Origin: Octopus sinensis
Taxonomy: Eukaryota
Direction of reading: 5' to 3'
NCBI RefSeq assembly: GCF_006345805.1
Contig: NC_043005.1
Span: 100,006,001-100,070,000, forward strand
DNA length: 64,000 nucleotides
Both the position numbers and the translations under genes were made by a program. The stretch's first letter is position 1. The number at the start of each line of letters is the position of its first letter. The notes beneath the pieces were generated by a model that was not told where the DNA came from, did no database searches, and saw nothing but the letters and a program-made list of their open reading frames with translations. Positions 1-11,729 of this stretch are shown piece after piece.

Positions 1-135
1 TTCCCAATTCAAATGATGCTAAGGTTGACTCTATCTTTCATCCTTTTGTGGTCGATAAAATAAGTACCAGTTGAGCACTGGGGTCGATGTGATCGACTTA
101 GTTCCCTTCCTTTAACTTGCTGATCTTATGCCTAA
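1..135 (+). mobile_element. Partial tRNA-derived SINE (family A, Deu/Nin-like central domain)
   Basis: Matches the box B (ttcaaat) and ctttcatcctt...gtcgataaaataagtaccagtt module of fuller copies elsewhere in the window. Confidence 0.7.
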
Positions 136-180
136 ATTTGAAACTAATGTTAGCAAAAAGTAATAATAATAATAATAATA

Positions 181-712
181 AATGCCCTGATGCAGTACCA
201 GGCAGTGGCTCTTGTGGCTTCTGATCTTAACTGGTTAGAAGTGTTATCAAGTGCATTGTTTTGTCTTAGTATAAAAGATGGGTTACAGCAAATACTCTGC
301 TCAATACCACAGATTTGCTTGTCAGTTGTTTGAACTTAATGAGCATGTCCCTTAGTGGCTGACGATATGTGTATCTCTCATCACGAGGAGAAGTAGCGAA
401 GGAACATCATAGCCATGTGTTGACAGGGATTCTTTGGGGTTTGAATAATTCATGTTCAACATCCTTAAACAACCCTAATTCAGGGACCTTTTGAGTGGGA
501 TGGGCTACTCAACCAGAAGAAAATCTAACTGGGTCCCATCTGCAAGGTCATGTGTTCTTTATCTCGATATGAGACCACCATGTTGCGCACATATGATTGT
601 GATGCATATGATTGTGGTGTACCCTTATCAGACAGTTAGTCATGATGGGTATACTGATCTTTGAATATTTGTACCCCAGTGTCACTCTGATGGCATGCAC
701 TGCTCTCTCATT
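181..712. mobile_element. Interspersed repeat inserted next to (TAA)n
   Basis: Begins directly after a TAA run; its end (gagagcagtgcatgccatc...gtgacactggggtaca) recurs inverted at about 33301-33370, again next to (TTA)n. Confidence 0.55.
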
Positions 713-828
713 ATAAAGATTGACATAATTCTTCACAAAAGTAATTAGACAGTGAGAAGAGTATGGTGCATCAAATCAATAAATAATCTATTACATTCAC
801 ATCGTGCTCTTCTCATAATAATAACAAC

Positions 829-975
829 AATCATCATCATCATCGTTTAGCATCTGCTTTCCATGCTGGCATGGGTTGGACGGTTCAACTGGGGTCTGGG
901 AAGCCAGGAGGCTGCACCAGGCCCAGTCTGATCTGGCAATGTTTCTACGGCTGGATGCCCTTCCTAACGCCAACA
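829..975 (-). mobile_element. (GAT)n-tailed SINE/RTE-tail repeat (family D)
   Basis: catcatcgttta...ccatgctggcatgggttggacgg motif recurs at about 17770-17880 (opposite strand), 21925-22200 and 59630-59880. Confidence 0.7.
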
Positions 976-1011
976 GTAATAATAATAATAACGCCTAACA
1001 ATAATAATAAT

Positions 1012-1185
1012 AATGGGAATAGAGTGCCCTGTAGAACTATTTGTCCCCTTGGCATGGCCAAAATCATCAAGAAAGTATTAGACAATTGAAAAAGAACAAA
1101 TAGCATGGCATTGTATGCTGCAGGTAGTAAACCTGCATTGCATGCAAGACCCTAGGAGTTCCAAAAAAACCCAACTTATAATAAT
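1012..1185 (+). mobile_element. 3' end of an R4/Dong-like non-LTR element
   Basis: Frame ends LGMAKIIKKVLDN*, like the R4-clade C-terminus (LGTAxIxRKVL); flanked by (TAA)n on both sides. Confidence 0.55.
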
Positions 1186-1304
1186 AATAATGATGATGAT
1201 AATTGTAATGATATTTTTTTCTGATTTAGGCAACTGATCGACAATGTAGGGGGTGCAGTTTAGTGAATTAAATCAACTCTAGTACTTCAGTAGTACTTTT
1301 TTTT

Positions 1305-2117
1305 GGATCTTTTCCTTTTGAACGGCACTTTGTAACATAATTTCTAGGTAACTAAAAATTTTTAAACTTCGTATACTGGTAGAATGTGTTTATAAAACAT
1401 CATTTTCTCTTGGCTTTATTGAGAAAATTCTATAGGTTGTAAGATATTTCGTCTTTAATTTCGAGCATTTTGGCAATTTTAACCAATCTCTGACGTCCAT
1501 TTAGGTAAATAACATTCTGTGTATAACGAATATGTCCCTCCTTTAAGAAACAGATTGGGTTTATTTACATTTGTGAAGAAAAAAAGATACCCTTCCCCAA
1601 CCCCTAACCGTAACTCTAACCCTAAATCTAAAATAGATTGAAATGCAATAGATCGATACTAGGGCCATAATTATGGGTGACATTTTCATTTGACACCGCA
1701 AGAAAAAAATCCCATTTTCTGTAGCGGTGTCGTATGAAATTGTCACCCATAATTATAACCCTAGTATCGATCTATTGCATTTCAATCTGTTTTAGATTTA
1801 GGGTTAGAGTTAGGGTTAGGGTTAGGGGAAGGGTATCTTTTTTCTTCACAAATGTAAATAAACCCAATCCGTTTCTTAAAGGAGGGACATATTCATTATG
1901 CACAGAATGTTATTTACCTAAATGGATGTCAGCAATTGGTTAAAATTGCCAAAATGCTTGAAATTAAAGACGAAATATCTTACAACCTATAGAATTTTCT
2001 CAATAAATCCAAGAAAAAATGATGTTTTATAAACACATTCTACCAGTATACGAAGTTTAAAACTTTTTAGTTACCTAGAAATTATGTTACAAAGTGCCAT
2101 TCAAAAGGAAAAGATCC
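1305..2117. mobile_element. Mutator-like foldback element (non-autonomous) inserted into a minus-strand family A SINE
   Basis: Inverted arms of about 395 bp (1305-1699 / 1724-2117), GG...CC termini, 9-bp TSD CTTTTTTTT at 1296-1304 and 2118-2126; SINE sequence continues on both flanks. Confidence 0.85.
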
Positions 2118-2280
2118 CTTTTTTTTATGAACCCCCAAAAGATGTAAGCCAAAGTTAACCTCAGCAGGATTTGAACTCAGTATGTAAAGAATGTAAGGAG
2201 CCAGAACAAATTCCACAAAGCTGTTTCTTGAATAGTAATAAATTTGCCAATCCACCACTTTTAACAATGACAATGATAAA

Positions 2281-2631
2281 CAAGAGCACTCAGAGAGCGC
2301 AAACATCTGCCAAGGAAACACCAACGTCCTCTCAATGATTAGCAAGAGATGATTTTTAAAATGAGAATTTCTGGAATAGACTCAACTGCTCTCACAAAGG
2401 AGAATACTAAAAGTGAGACTGACTGCTCTTAAAAATTAAGTAAGAAAACAAAAAAAAAAATCCAGAATCCTTGTCCAGTACTGGATTAATCTCAAAACCT
2501 AATCAGTTTGTGCCAGTCACGAGGCCAAACATCCCTGAAAGTTTCATGTGGATCCATCCAGTGGTTCTCGAGAAACCAACAAACAAATATAACTGAAAAC
2601 AATACATCTGCCTTTGCTAAGGCAGAGGTAA
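2281..2631 (+). mobile_element. Non-autonomous repeat with Helentron-associated (HINE/DINE-1-like) architecture
   Basis: (CAAA)n microsatellite near the 3' end and a terminal hairpin (tctgcctttgctaaggcaga) followed by ggtaa. Confidence 0.45.
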
Positions 2632-4269
2632 TAAAAAAAAACTTGGTTAGTTCCTTAAAATGCCTTGAGCTATAAAATGAACATTTATTTAGTCATAGTG
2701 AACCAGTGAAAATGGAATGTAAACTATTCCTTGTTTGTTCTTCTCAACAATGTTGAAAGATAGAGATTTATCCATTGTTCTGAATAAAAATTCCTCAATA
2801 TGTGTCCAGAGTATTTTCTAAAAGATCAGAGAAAAGAATTCAACAAAAAAAAACAAACAACCATCTTTGACAGGAAAGCAGAGAGTAGTACACTGACAGA
2901 GAGTTTTGGATGATGGTTCTTTGTTCTGTGTAAACCAAAATTTATTTCAGTGTTTCCCAAGACACTATGTCTTGGGAAACACTAGGACAGCTTGAGAATT
3001 AATGACAAAATAAAATCTCCAATTCTAAATGGCTTTCAAGAAACTATATTTGGAAAAGTCTTTGTTTTCTAAAGAAAATATCCAAATGAAAATAGAAAGA
3101 AATTAAATATGAAAACAAAAAACTATGATAGACATTTTGTTTTGTGTATTTGAGGTGGTGGCCACTATATTTAGGAAATCTGAAGGTGCTGGAATAACTC
3201 TTTAAACAAAATAGACAATATTTATAGAGTAAGAAAGTGTAGGTTGGTGGGAGAAGATCTGTTCTGTGTAAGGTAGGTAAATAACCTATTAGATAGCTAA
3301 GACATCCAAGAGAACTGATAGTGAGTTGTCAAGATGCATTGAAATATATTGGTTGGAAAATCTGTCTAACAATAATCAACACTGGTCAGCAAATGTTTAA
3401 TTAATGACAATGATGACGATGATGATGATGATGCTATTACAGGAATTCATTTTAAAATGTCTATGAAACTGCCTTGAGAAATGAAGTAGCCGAATCTGTT
3501 CGGTTTTGTTTTTACATTTGTCTTTTTATCGGTTAAGTAGAAAATAATTCTCAGTTGAACAATGTGAAACATAATGGACCATTTTATAATATGTCACTAG
3601 CAATCTTAACAGCTGACTTCAAACATAATTCTTAACCAACAAACAGCTGTAAGAAAACACTCAATGGCACGTCTAGAAGCCAAGGGTAGTAAAGGATGGT
3701 GAAAAGTCTTTCTGAACATGACAGCTCTCTACTTAGAAAACAATGATTCAAAATTTCCACCTTCTTTTTTTTTTTTTTTTACCTAATGTCCATCAATAAA
3801 AAGAAATACTATAAATAAATAAATAAATAAACTATCAAGAAATGGTGTATTAAGATCAATTTGAGGTGTACAATACCTGACATATTGCCAGACCAGAATT
3901 AGGAAAGGAATTCCAGTGAAACACTTAGATCCAATAGCATCCAGAAAAATATAGATTTGTGGATGGTTTTATTTTAAGGATTACTTGAAAGATACGCAGA
4001 GTTCAGATTAACAAATATAATGTTACTTGTGAGGATCATGGACGAAACGCTTAACCAGATTTCGCCCATCGCTACATTCTAGATTCAAGTTCCCCCAAGT
4101 TCAACTCGTCTTTCATACATTCAGGGTCTATTAAGTACCAGTGAAACACTGGGGTTGATGTAATCAACTAGTCCCCTCCTCCAAAATTACTGCCCTTGTG
4201 GCAAAATTTGAACCTATTATTATTACTATCGTTATTATTATTATTGTTATTATTAATATTATTATTATT

Positions 4270-4504
4270 ATTATTTCCTTATTTCTTCAAATTTTCTTCC
4301 ATTTCTCGCTGTGTGTTTTTTGTACACCTAAGGCAGAGAAGCTCATTGTATGCATTCCTAGATTACACACACAAATTCACAGGTAAAATATGTATTTAAA
4401 AAAATTAATAAATAAATAATTCCTGATTGAAAGTTGTTTTCACAGCGATAAGGCTCTTCTCAGTACATGAGTCGTTCCAGTTAACACGATTTTTGCACTT
4501 CCTG
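4270..4504 (-). mobile_element. Severely 5'-truncated R4/Dong-like element
   Basis: Minus strand reads QEVQKIVLTGTTHVLRRALSL*, homologous to the C-terminus of the 5175 ORF; (TTA)n on both sides. Confidence 0.75.
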
Positions 4505-4910
4505 TTATTATTATTATTTTATTATTATTATCATTATTATTATTACTGCTACTGCTATTATATCATGTATACTTTCTACATTGTTTGGTATTAATTTTTT
4601 TAATGTAAATCTCCACAGTTCGTCTGTTGTTATATTGTACCTCAAATCCATTTGCCTTGGTGGCAAATAAAAGAAATCCATATCATTATTATTATTATTA
4701 TTATTGTAAATTATTGAATAAAATGGGTTGAGGTTTTTTTTTCCTTTTCTGGCTCTTTACAGTCTGAGTTCAAATCTAACTGGGGTCAACTTCGCCTTCA
4801 TCTTTCTAGGAGCAGTAAAATAAATACCAGTCTAGCACTAATTAACTCCCTATGGTACTAATTAAATTCTATTCCTTCAAAATTACTAGCATTGCGTGTT
4901 ACTATTATTA

Positions 4911-4950
<40 letters not shown>

Positions 4951-4954
<4 letters not shown>

Positions 4955-6746
4955 TATGTTTGACTTTTGCTTTATATTTGTACAAGTTGGCTCCAAGTCT
5001 CACCCAGAGACCTCAAGAGACAACAGGGTTGGAAGTTCATGTTGTTGTTATGCCTAGTGTGCCATATATTTGGGGGGTGGGGATGTTGTACTAATGAATG
5101 TCTAAAAAAAAAAATTTTTTTTTTTTTTTTTTTTTTTTTTAAACCGAAAATTATGGTTGTTTTAAACCTTGAGATTACATAGAGAGTATTTTGCGTAGGA
5201 TATGAGCAGTTCCCATGAGCACTATCTTTTGAACTTCTGCCATTTTTGGGTTTCCTGGTATCTGAGTTAGGTAGCTATCAGCCCCTTTTGCTATCATTCC
5301 CAGGGCACCTATGACAACAGGTATTGTTTTAGTCTTCAGCTTCCACATTTTGCTGATTTCTATTTCAAGATCTTTATATTTGCTCAGTTTTTGGTAGGTC
5401 TTGGCAGATACGTTTATATCGATTGGGACAGTCATATCAATGAGGAGGCATGTTCTTTGTTTGAAGTTTTTCAATATGATGTCTGGCCTATTTGCATCTA
5501 TCTTCCTGTCAGTTTGAATGGTGAAGTTCCAGAGGAGTGAGATGTGGTCATTTTCAAGCACTGGGGGTGGTTTGTGTTCCCACCAGTTTTTTTCATGGGG
5601 CAAATCCAGGTTTTTACAGATTACCCAGTGAATATATTGTGCAGCTCTATCGTGCCTGTTGAGATACTCTGTAGGCGCTAGAAGACTGCACTTGGAGACC
5701 ACATGGTCAATGGTTTCATTTTGTTGCTTGCATACACGACACGTTGGACTGCTTCTGATCTTTAATATGTTGGCCTGGTAGTTTCTTGTTGGTAGGCATT
5801 GATCTTGAGCTGCTATGATAAACCCCTCTGTTTCAGATTTTAAGCCAGAGGCCATTAGCCATTGATGGGTCAGGGCTTTGTCGATATCTGCATTATTCGC
5901 TCTCTTTGGGTATTTGCCATAGAGAGGTTTTTCTTGCCATTTATTATTCAGAATATCTAAGGCCGCAGTTTTGGCACGGGTTTTCATGCGCCTAGCTTTT
6001 TCTGTGCTTGTTTCTTGTATATCTATCTCTAATTCCGAAATTGGTTGTATTCGGAATTCACTTAGATATTCCTTTGCCTGTTTTGTGACTGAGTATGATG
6101 CTTTCTTGTTTTCATGTTTTGAGACAAGTTTTAGCATCCAGTCCTCAGAGTTTTTCAGGTAGGTGTCTAGGCCAATTGTAGCAATCTTCATTGTTATTGC
6201 CAGTTGCAAAAGACCACGGCCTCCCTCTTTTCTTGGCAGATAGAGTCGTTCTGTATCTGCCTTAGGGTGGTGCATTCTATGCATTGTCAACAGTTTCCTT
6301 ATTTTTCTGTCGAGCTGACATATTTCCGTAATTGACCAGTTAACAATATTGAAACTGTAAGTCACGACTGGTATAGCTAATGCATTGATTGCTTCGATCC
6401 TGTTTCTTGCATTCAGCTCTGTCTTGAGTATTGCTCTCACTCTTCGATAGCATTCTCTCCTGATCCTTTCCTTCATCTCTGAATGCCTTATTCCGTTCCC
6501 TTCAATTATCCCTAGGTACTTGTAGCTCTCCGCTGGGTCTAGTTCTTTTATGACATTCTGTTGGTCAAGGTTAACGTTAGATGTTTCTGTCATTTTTCCT
6601 TTGATAAAGGTAGCCTTTGCACATTTATCGAGGCCGAATTGCATTCTGATGTCGTCACTGAATTGTTTGACTATCGCTAGTAAGCCCTTGAGTTGTTGAA
6701 TGTCGTCACTGAATTGTTTGACTATCGCTAGTAAGCCCTTGAGTTG

Positions 6747-6749
<3 letters not shown>
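4951..6749 (-). mobile_element. 5'-truncated R4/Dong-clade non-LTR retrotransposon (restriction-like endonuclease type) in (AAT)n
   Basis: (ATT)n at 4901-4951 and 6749-6797; 3' UTR 4951-5174; part of the UTR recurs at 7661-7737. Confidence 0.92.
5175..6749 (-). CDS. C-terminal part of retrotransposon ORF: end of RT, thumb, CCHC zinc knuckle, restriction-like endonuclease (RLE); open but 5'-truncated
   Basis: Motifs FGLDKC, YKYLG, GGRGL, CRVC-x5-ETIDHVVSKC, RHD, RPDII..IDMTVP..KLSKY; no stop from 6749 to 5175; the YADD catalytic motif is lost by truncation. Confidence 0.9.
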
Positions 6750-6797
<48 letters not shown>

Positions 6798-6798
<1 letters not shown>

Positions 6799-7030
6799 GG
6801 TGGTGAGCTGGCAGAAATGTTAGCATGCCAGGTGAAATGCATAGCCATATTTCATCTGCTGTTACATTCTGAGTTCAAATTCTGCTGAGGTCGACTTTGC
6901 CTTTCATCCTTTCTGGGTTGATAACTTAAGTACCAGTTATGCACAGGGGTCAATGTAATCGACTTAATCCCTTTGTCTGTCTTTGTTTGTTCCCTCTATG
7001 TTTAGCCTCTTGTGGGCAATAAAGAAATAA
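6798..7030 (+). mobile_element. tRNA-derived SINE family A (followed by a second degenerate copy to about 7195)
   Basis: Box A-like tggcagaaatgttagc, box B gagttcaaattc, central cctttcatcctt domain, tail gtgggcaataaagaaat. Confidence 0.85.
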
Positions 7031-7289
7031 GAAAAGTTAGCATGCTGGGAAAAATGCTTAGTGGCATTTTGTCCATCTTTCTGTTCTGAGTTCAATTTTT
7101 GCTGAAGTTAACTTAGCTTTTCATCCAAATGGGGTGGCTGTAATCGACTAGTCCCCTCCTTCCAGATTTCAGGCCTTGTGTCTTTAGTAGAAAGGATTAT
7201 TATCATCATCATTATCATCATCCTCATTTATATTATCCTAACTTCTCCTGAGAAATTTCTGTCACATCTAAGCTCCATCCCACAGCTTA

Positions 7290-7602
7290 GAGATGCAATA
7301 CTTTTCTCAACACATTATCTGTTCCAAATATTGCTGCCAACTGAGCACGTTCTGTGAAGTTTGGCCTTTGCAACTTTTTGATGCCAGAATATTGCTTTCT
7401 TTGAGATGGTCCCAAGTGCAACTGTCACAATTCATACCACATTCACTTTTGAGGCTTTATGGATGCATTTCACTTCCAATACAAGGTTTTGATACTTCTT
7501 GACTCTCATCCTCTGTCATCGCAATATTCCAGTCTGCTGGTATACGTATGTCAATGAATGTCCATTCTTTGGACTCCTTCCATAGGAGAGTGATATCTAG
7601 TT
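7290..7602 (-). pseudogene. Decayed RLE-domain fragment of a second R4/Dong-like family
   Basis: Minus strand LDITLLWKESKEWTFIDIRIPADWNI resembles the RLE PDI..IDV motif; TTA-rich runs on both sides. Confidence 0.6.
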
Positions 7603-9254
7603 GGTTATTATTATTATCATTATTATTATAATTATAATTATTATTATTATTATTATTATATGTTTGGCTTTTGCTTTTTATTTGCACAAGTTGATTCCAA
7701 GTCTCACCCAGAGATCTCAAGAGTCAACAAGTTAGAAGTTCAAAATTTGAACTCAGAGCGTTCGGACACACAAAATGCCGAGAAGCATTTTGCCCAATGT
7801 TGTAATGATTCTGCCAGCTTGCCACCTTAATAATAATAATAATTAATAATAATAATGATGATGATGATGATGATAATCACCATCATCATAATAATCTTAC
7901 TACTCCTGTCCTTGGGTGGAGTCCTCCATTCATATTGAATTCCATGCATGTTTGCTATCATTATGCATTTGTCCAATCATGAATTGACACAATGGCATGA
8001 ATTTAAAATTATAAAAAACAGGTTTCAACAGAGATATCCATGACCAAAGAGGACAAAAAACAAAGCTAAACCTCAAAATGATCAAAGATGGTTTCATGAA
8101 AGACTTGCATCTAATCTGATTGGCTCAAGTATTTATAATTACTACTAAATTACATTTTAATTTATATATTTCTACTTCTCACAGAAAGTAAAGCCTGTTT
8201 CTAGATTTAAGTGGAGGTTTATTTCCTTGTGATTCACTTTACAAATAATGCTTATATAATGAACTCTCATCTGACAATTATGTAAATGAACTAATTACTG
8301 CTGAAACTCATTAGCATCTAAGGAGAAACAGCAGCTGCAATCCTTCTGTAATTGACTTTGATGACAAAGCCAGTTGTGGTCCATGAAAAGCTAGAGAACA
8401 CATGTAACTGATAATATCTACAATCCAAATGTTTTAAAATAAACACTGATGATGTTGATAGTGAATGTTCAAGCTATGTTCTCATGACTCAACTAAGATA
8501 TTACACAAGAGAAGTACTGTGTATCAATACTGCATTAATCAAGAACTGGCATTTATGTGATGGTTCTACAAAGTTTGTAGATAAGAATGGATATATAATA
8601 GAAGACATTGAAGGTGTTTTATACTAAGCTCCACCACCACCACCACCACCACCACCACCACCACCACCACCACCACCAACAATAATGACGACAACAACAA
8701 CAACGACAATGTCAACAGCAATAGTTTGTAAATATTCAAACTTCCAAAGAAATCCTCATCCAATTACACTAGAATCACTAAAGGATTGAATGATTACTAA
8801 AAGTGGATGACTAAAAACTAGCCCAGATAATCTTGATTTAAATGATTTGACATTGGAAACATGCATCTTTGATGCTCAGAAAATGGGAGTCTATTTTGAT
8901 AAGTTACTTAAGGAAAGAGGCTCAGAACCAAAACCATGAACAGTGTTCCTCATACTGATGGAATAAATATACCAAAAGTACTGAATATTTGCAGTGAGAA
9001 AAAAGAAATAGTAGTTTTTGTATCAAGGCACGTTAATAATCTCAGGTGTCATTGTTGTTGCTTATATGAATGGTTAGTTGAGGAAAAGACCTCTGGGTTG
9101 AAACCTCGAAATGTGTGAGTGCTTTTATCAGCCATCAGATCTATGGACAATAGGTAAAAGTTAGCCATTATATACTCATGTAGACTTATTTTCCAACTAA
9201 ATCAAATTGAAAATCTGCTGCGTACAAATATGAATATTGCTTTTAACAAATATT

Positions 9255-9310
9255 TACTCTTTTACTTGTTTCAGTCATTTGACTGTGGCCATGCTGGAGC
9301 ACCGCCTTTA
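9255..9310 (-). mobile_element. 3'-terminal fragment of CORE-type SINE family B
   Basis: aaaggcggtgctccagcatggccacagtcaaatgactgaaacaagtaaaag tail, the same as in full copies. Confidence 0.8.
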
Positions 9311-9321
9311 AAAAAATTTAT

Positions 9322-9404
9322 TAGCACGAGTGGGGTTCGAACCCATGCGGACAGATGTCCATTGGAACATAAGTCAAACGCCTTAACCTCTCAGCCATCG
9401 TCCT
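9322..9404 (-). tRNA. tRNA-Leu(TAA)-like 83-nt gene with anticodon changed to TAT; probable pseudogene
   Basis: AGGACGATGGCTGAGAGGTTAAGGCGTTTGACTTATGTTCCAATGGACATCTGTCCGCATGGGTTCGAACCCCACTCGTGCTA; long variable arm, intact box B, T7 terminator at 9310-9316; single mismatches in the acceptor, anticodon and T stems. Confidence 0.85.
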
Positions 9405-9639
9405 TAATTATTCTTTATACTTTGACATAAAAATTGATGCTATCATCTTAAATTAGTGAATTGAGTTAAAAAAAAGGTGAAAAGGCTTTTTGTGAGGTTT
9501 ATATTTATTTTCAATGAATTTTGTGCTTTAATAAGGAAATGAACGTCTCTAGTTTTAGTAATAATTCTGTCCCCTCAATTTTTTGTTGAAATTTACAAAA
9601 TTTACAAATCTGAAATATCTGTATCTAAAATTTTGACTG

Positions 9640-10150
9640 ATAATTTTATTGTATGATTTACCATACAATTTAATATTGTTTAGTAGTTCACTGAAAATGT
9701 TAATTGCTTCTAGAAATATCACACAATGTCTGAAAGAAAGCTACAAAAACAAAAAAAAAGGAAGCATTAATACACTACTGATCTTAATGATGAAGATTGT
9801 GCAAAAGAGATGCAATATTTACAGTCAGTTTTTAAAACAAATTTTGGTGAACCAGAACTGAAACTTTTCAGAATTGTTAAATTTATTGATTAACAAAATA
9901 CTTTTACAGATATTTCCAAATATTTGTGTCAGCTGCAAATCATGATCGTTGACAATTCCAGCCCAGTGGCATTAGTAGAAAAAAAAACAACTTTTTCACA
10001 AACTCAGTCATAATAACAGATTTTTAAGGTCCAACCACTTTTCAGAAACATTGTGTTAATTTGGCAAGAGCGAGTATTGAATCAAACATTACCAAAGAAA
10101 TTGATTTATAAGAAATTTTGTAGATCAAAAACCAGGAAAGCACATCTCAT
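9640..10150 (+). pseudogene. hAT transposase C-terminal (dimerisation region) relic
   Basis: Frameshifted DIFPNI...LTIP...FHKL...FVDQKPGK, resembling the hATC consensus FPNI..LT.P....ERSFSKL...F...KARK. Confidence 0.6.
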
Positions 10151-10280
10151 TAGTTGATTGAGGTTATTGATATTCTGTATAAAGTATTTTGTTACCTGGT
10201 CATTTAGGAGACCAAGGATTAAAGCATTTATGAAAATTTACCCATCATTATATTTAGATAGCCTGACGTTACACATCATA

Positions 10281-10700
10281 CTCTTTTACTTGTTTCAGTC
10301 ATTTGACTGTGGCCATGCTGGAGCACCACCTTTAGTCAAGCAAATCGACCCCCGGACTTATACTTTGTAAGCCTAGTACTTATTCCATCGGTCTCGTTTA
10401 CCGAACCGCTAAGTTATGGGGGACGTAAACACACCAGCATTGGTTGTCAAGCGATGTTGGGGGGGGACAAACACAGACACACAAACAAATACACGCGCGC
10501 GCACACACACACATATATATATACATATATACGACGAGCTGCTTTCAGTTTCCATCTACCAAATCCACTCACAAGGCTTTGGTTGGCCAAAGTCTATAGT
10601 AGAAGACACTTACCCAAAGTGCTATGCAGTGGAACTGGACCCAGAATCATGTGGTTTGTAAGCAAGCTACTTACCACACAGCTACTCCTACACCTATACA
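10281..10700 (-). mobile_element. CORE-type tRNA SINE family B
   Basis: Head ggagtagctgtgtggtaagtagcttgc, CORE-like ctttgggtaagtgtctt, internal CA/TA tract, standard tail. Confidence 0.85.
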
Positions 10701-11729
10701 AAACCAGTCCTACACCTATACACAGCCACTCCTACACCTATCATACTCAATTATAATTTTGTAATCATACATAAAAAATCTCCTCTTTGTCTAAACAAAT
10801 CATAATAAACCATATTTTCTGCCAAAAAAAGAAAAACTGCAACTCCAGAATCCAGTTTTATGCATTTATTGTTATTATACAGACTTAATAGTTTAAAGTT
10901 CAAATGGACCTTGAGATGATCCCTCCTCTACCTTGAAGGCCCAAAAGCAGTCTTGTTCTGCCTTAGAAACAGTTTGTCAGTGGGCTTGTGTACATGTGTG
11001 TATATGTTTGTGAATGTATGTTTGTGAGTGTTTGTGAATATGTGTGTGTGTCTGTGTGTTACTATATTCCTCATATCCCATTCTTTTTGTTTGCTTTTTT
11101 ACTTTACACTCATATTATACATACCTTTTGTGTAGTGTAATTAAGGTGCGGAATATACAACCAGTATTAGGAACTCCATGTGAATCATTGTAAGTAAAGG
11201 AGGAAGCCACGAAGAGAATCTGTGCATCTTAGTCAAACAGTCTTTCTTACTGGTCTCCATAGTTACAATGATCAAAGTGTATGAGCATTCTAACAATCCT
11301 AAATCTATTAAAGATAACTTAGTTAAGAAAATTTCAATTAGAATTTTGAACTTGTCAGCAAATGAGCAGATATTCTATGATAACACAATATTATAATGAA
11401 ATGCTAAAGCATCATTATCATTTGGTTGTACTCATTCTCTCCAGTCTTTTTAACCTGCCATTGTTCTTGGTATGTCTTCTTGGGTGCACTCACCCTATTG
11501 TTTTATGTAGGATCAATGTGGTCTGCCAACATTTGTCTACCCATGTTTCAGTTCCCAAAGAAGAGTGTCACCAACGAACTCATCTTTTGCTCTCCAACAG
11601 TGTCTTGTGAATCTTGTTTTTCTTTTTCTGATAACATGTGATACTGGTGGTAAATTACCATAGAAAAGTTTTTTTATAGAGCTTTATCTCCAGGAGATGT
11701 CCAGAGCAGCACAAATAATTCTTGTATAA

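Noticed and set aside
1798-1827. Telomere or chromosome-fusion scar
   Set aside because: Only five units, mirrored within the arms of a TSD-bounded transposon.
11136-11189. Micro-exon candidates with plausible splice sites (11136-11189, 22308-22341, 56516-56562)
   Set aside because: Too short to distinguish from chance AG..GT pairs in 64 kb without transcript data; no recognisable homology.
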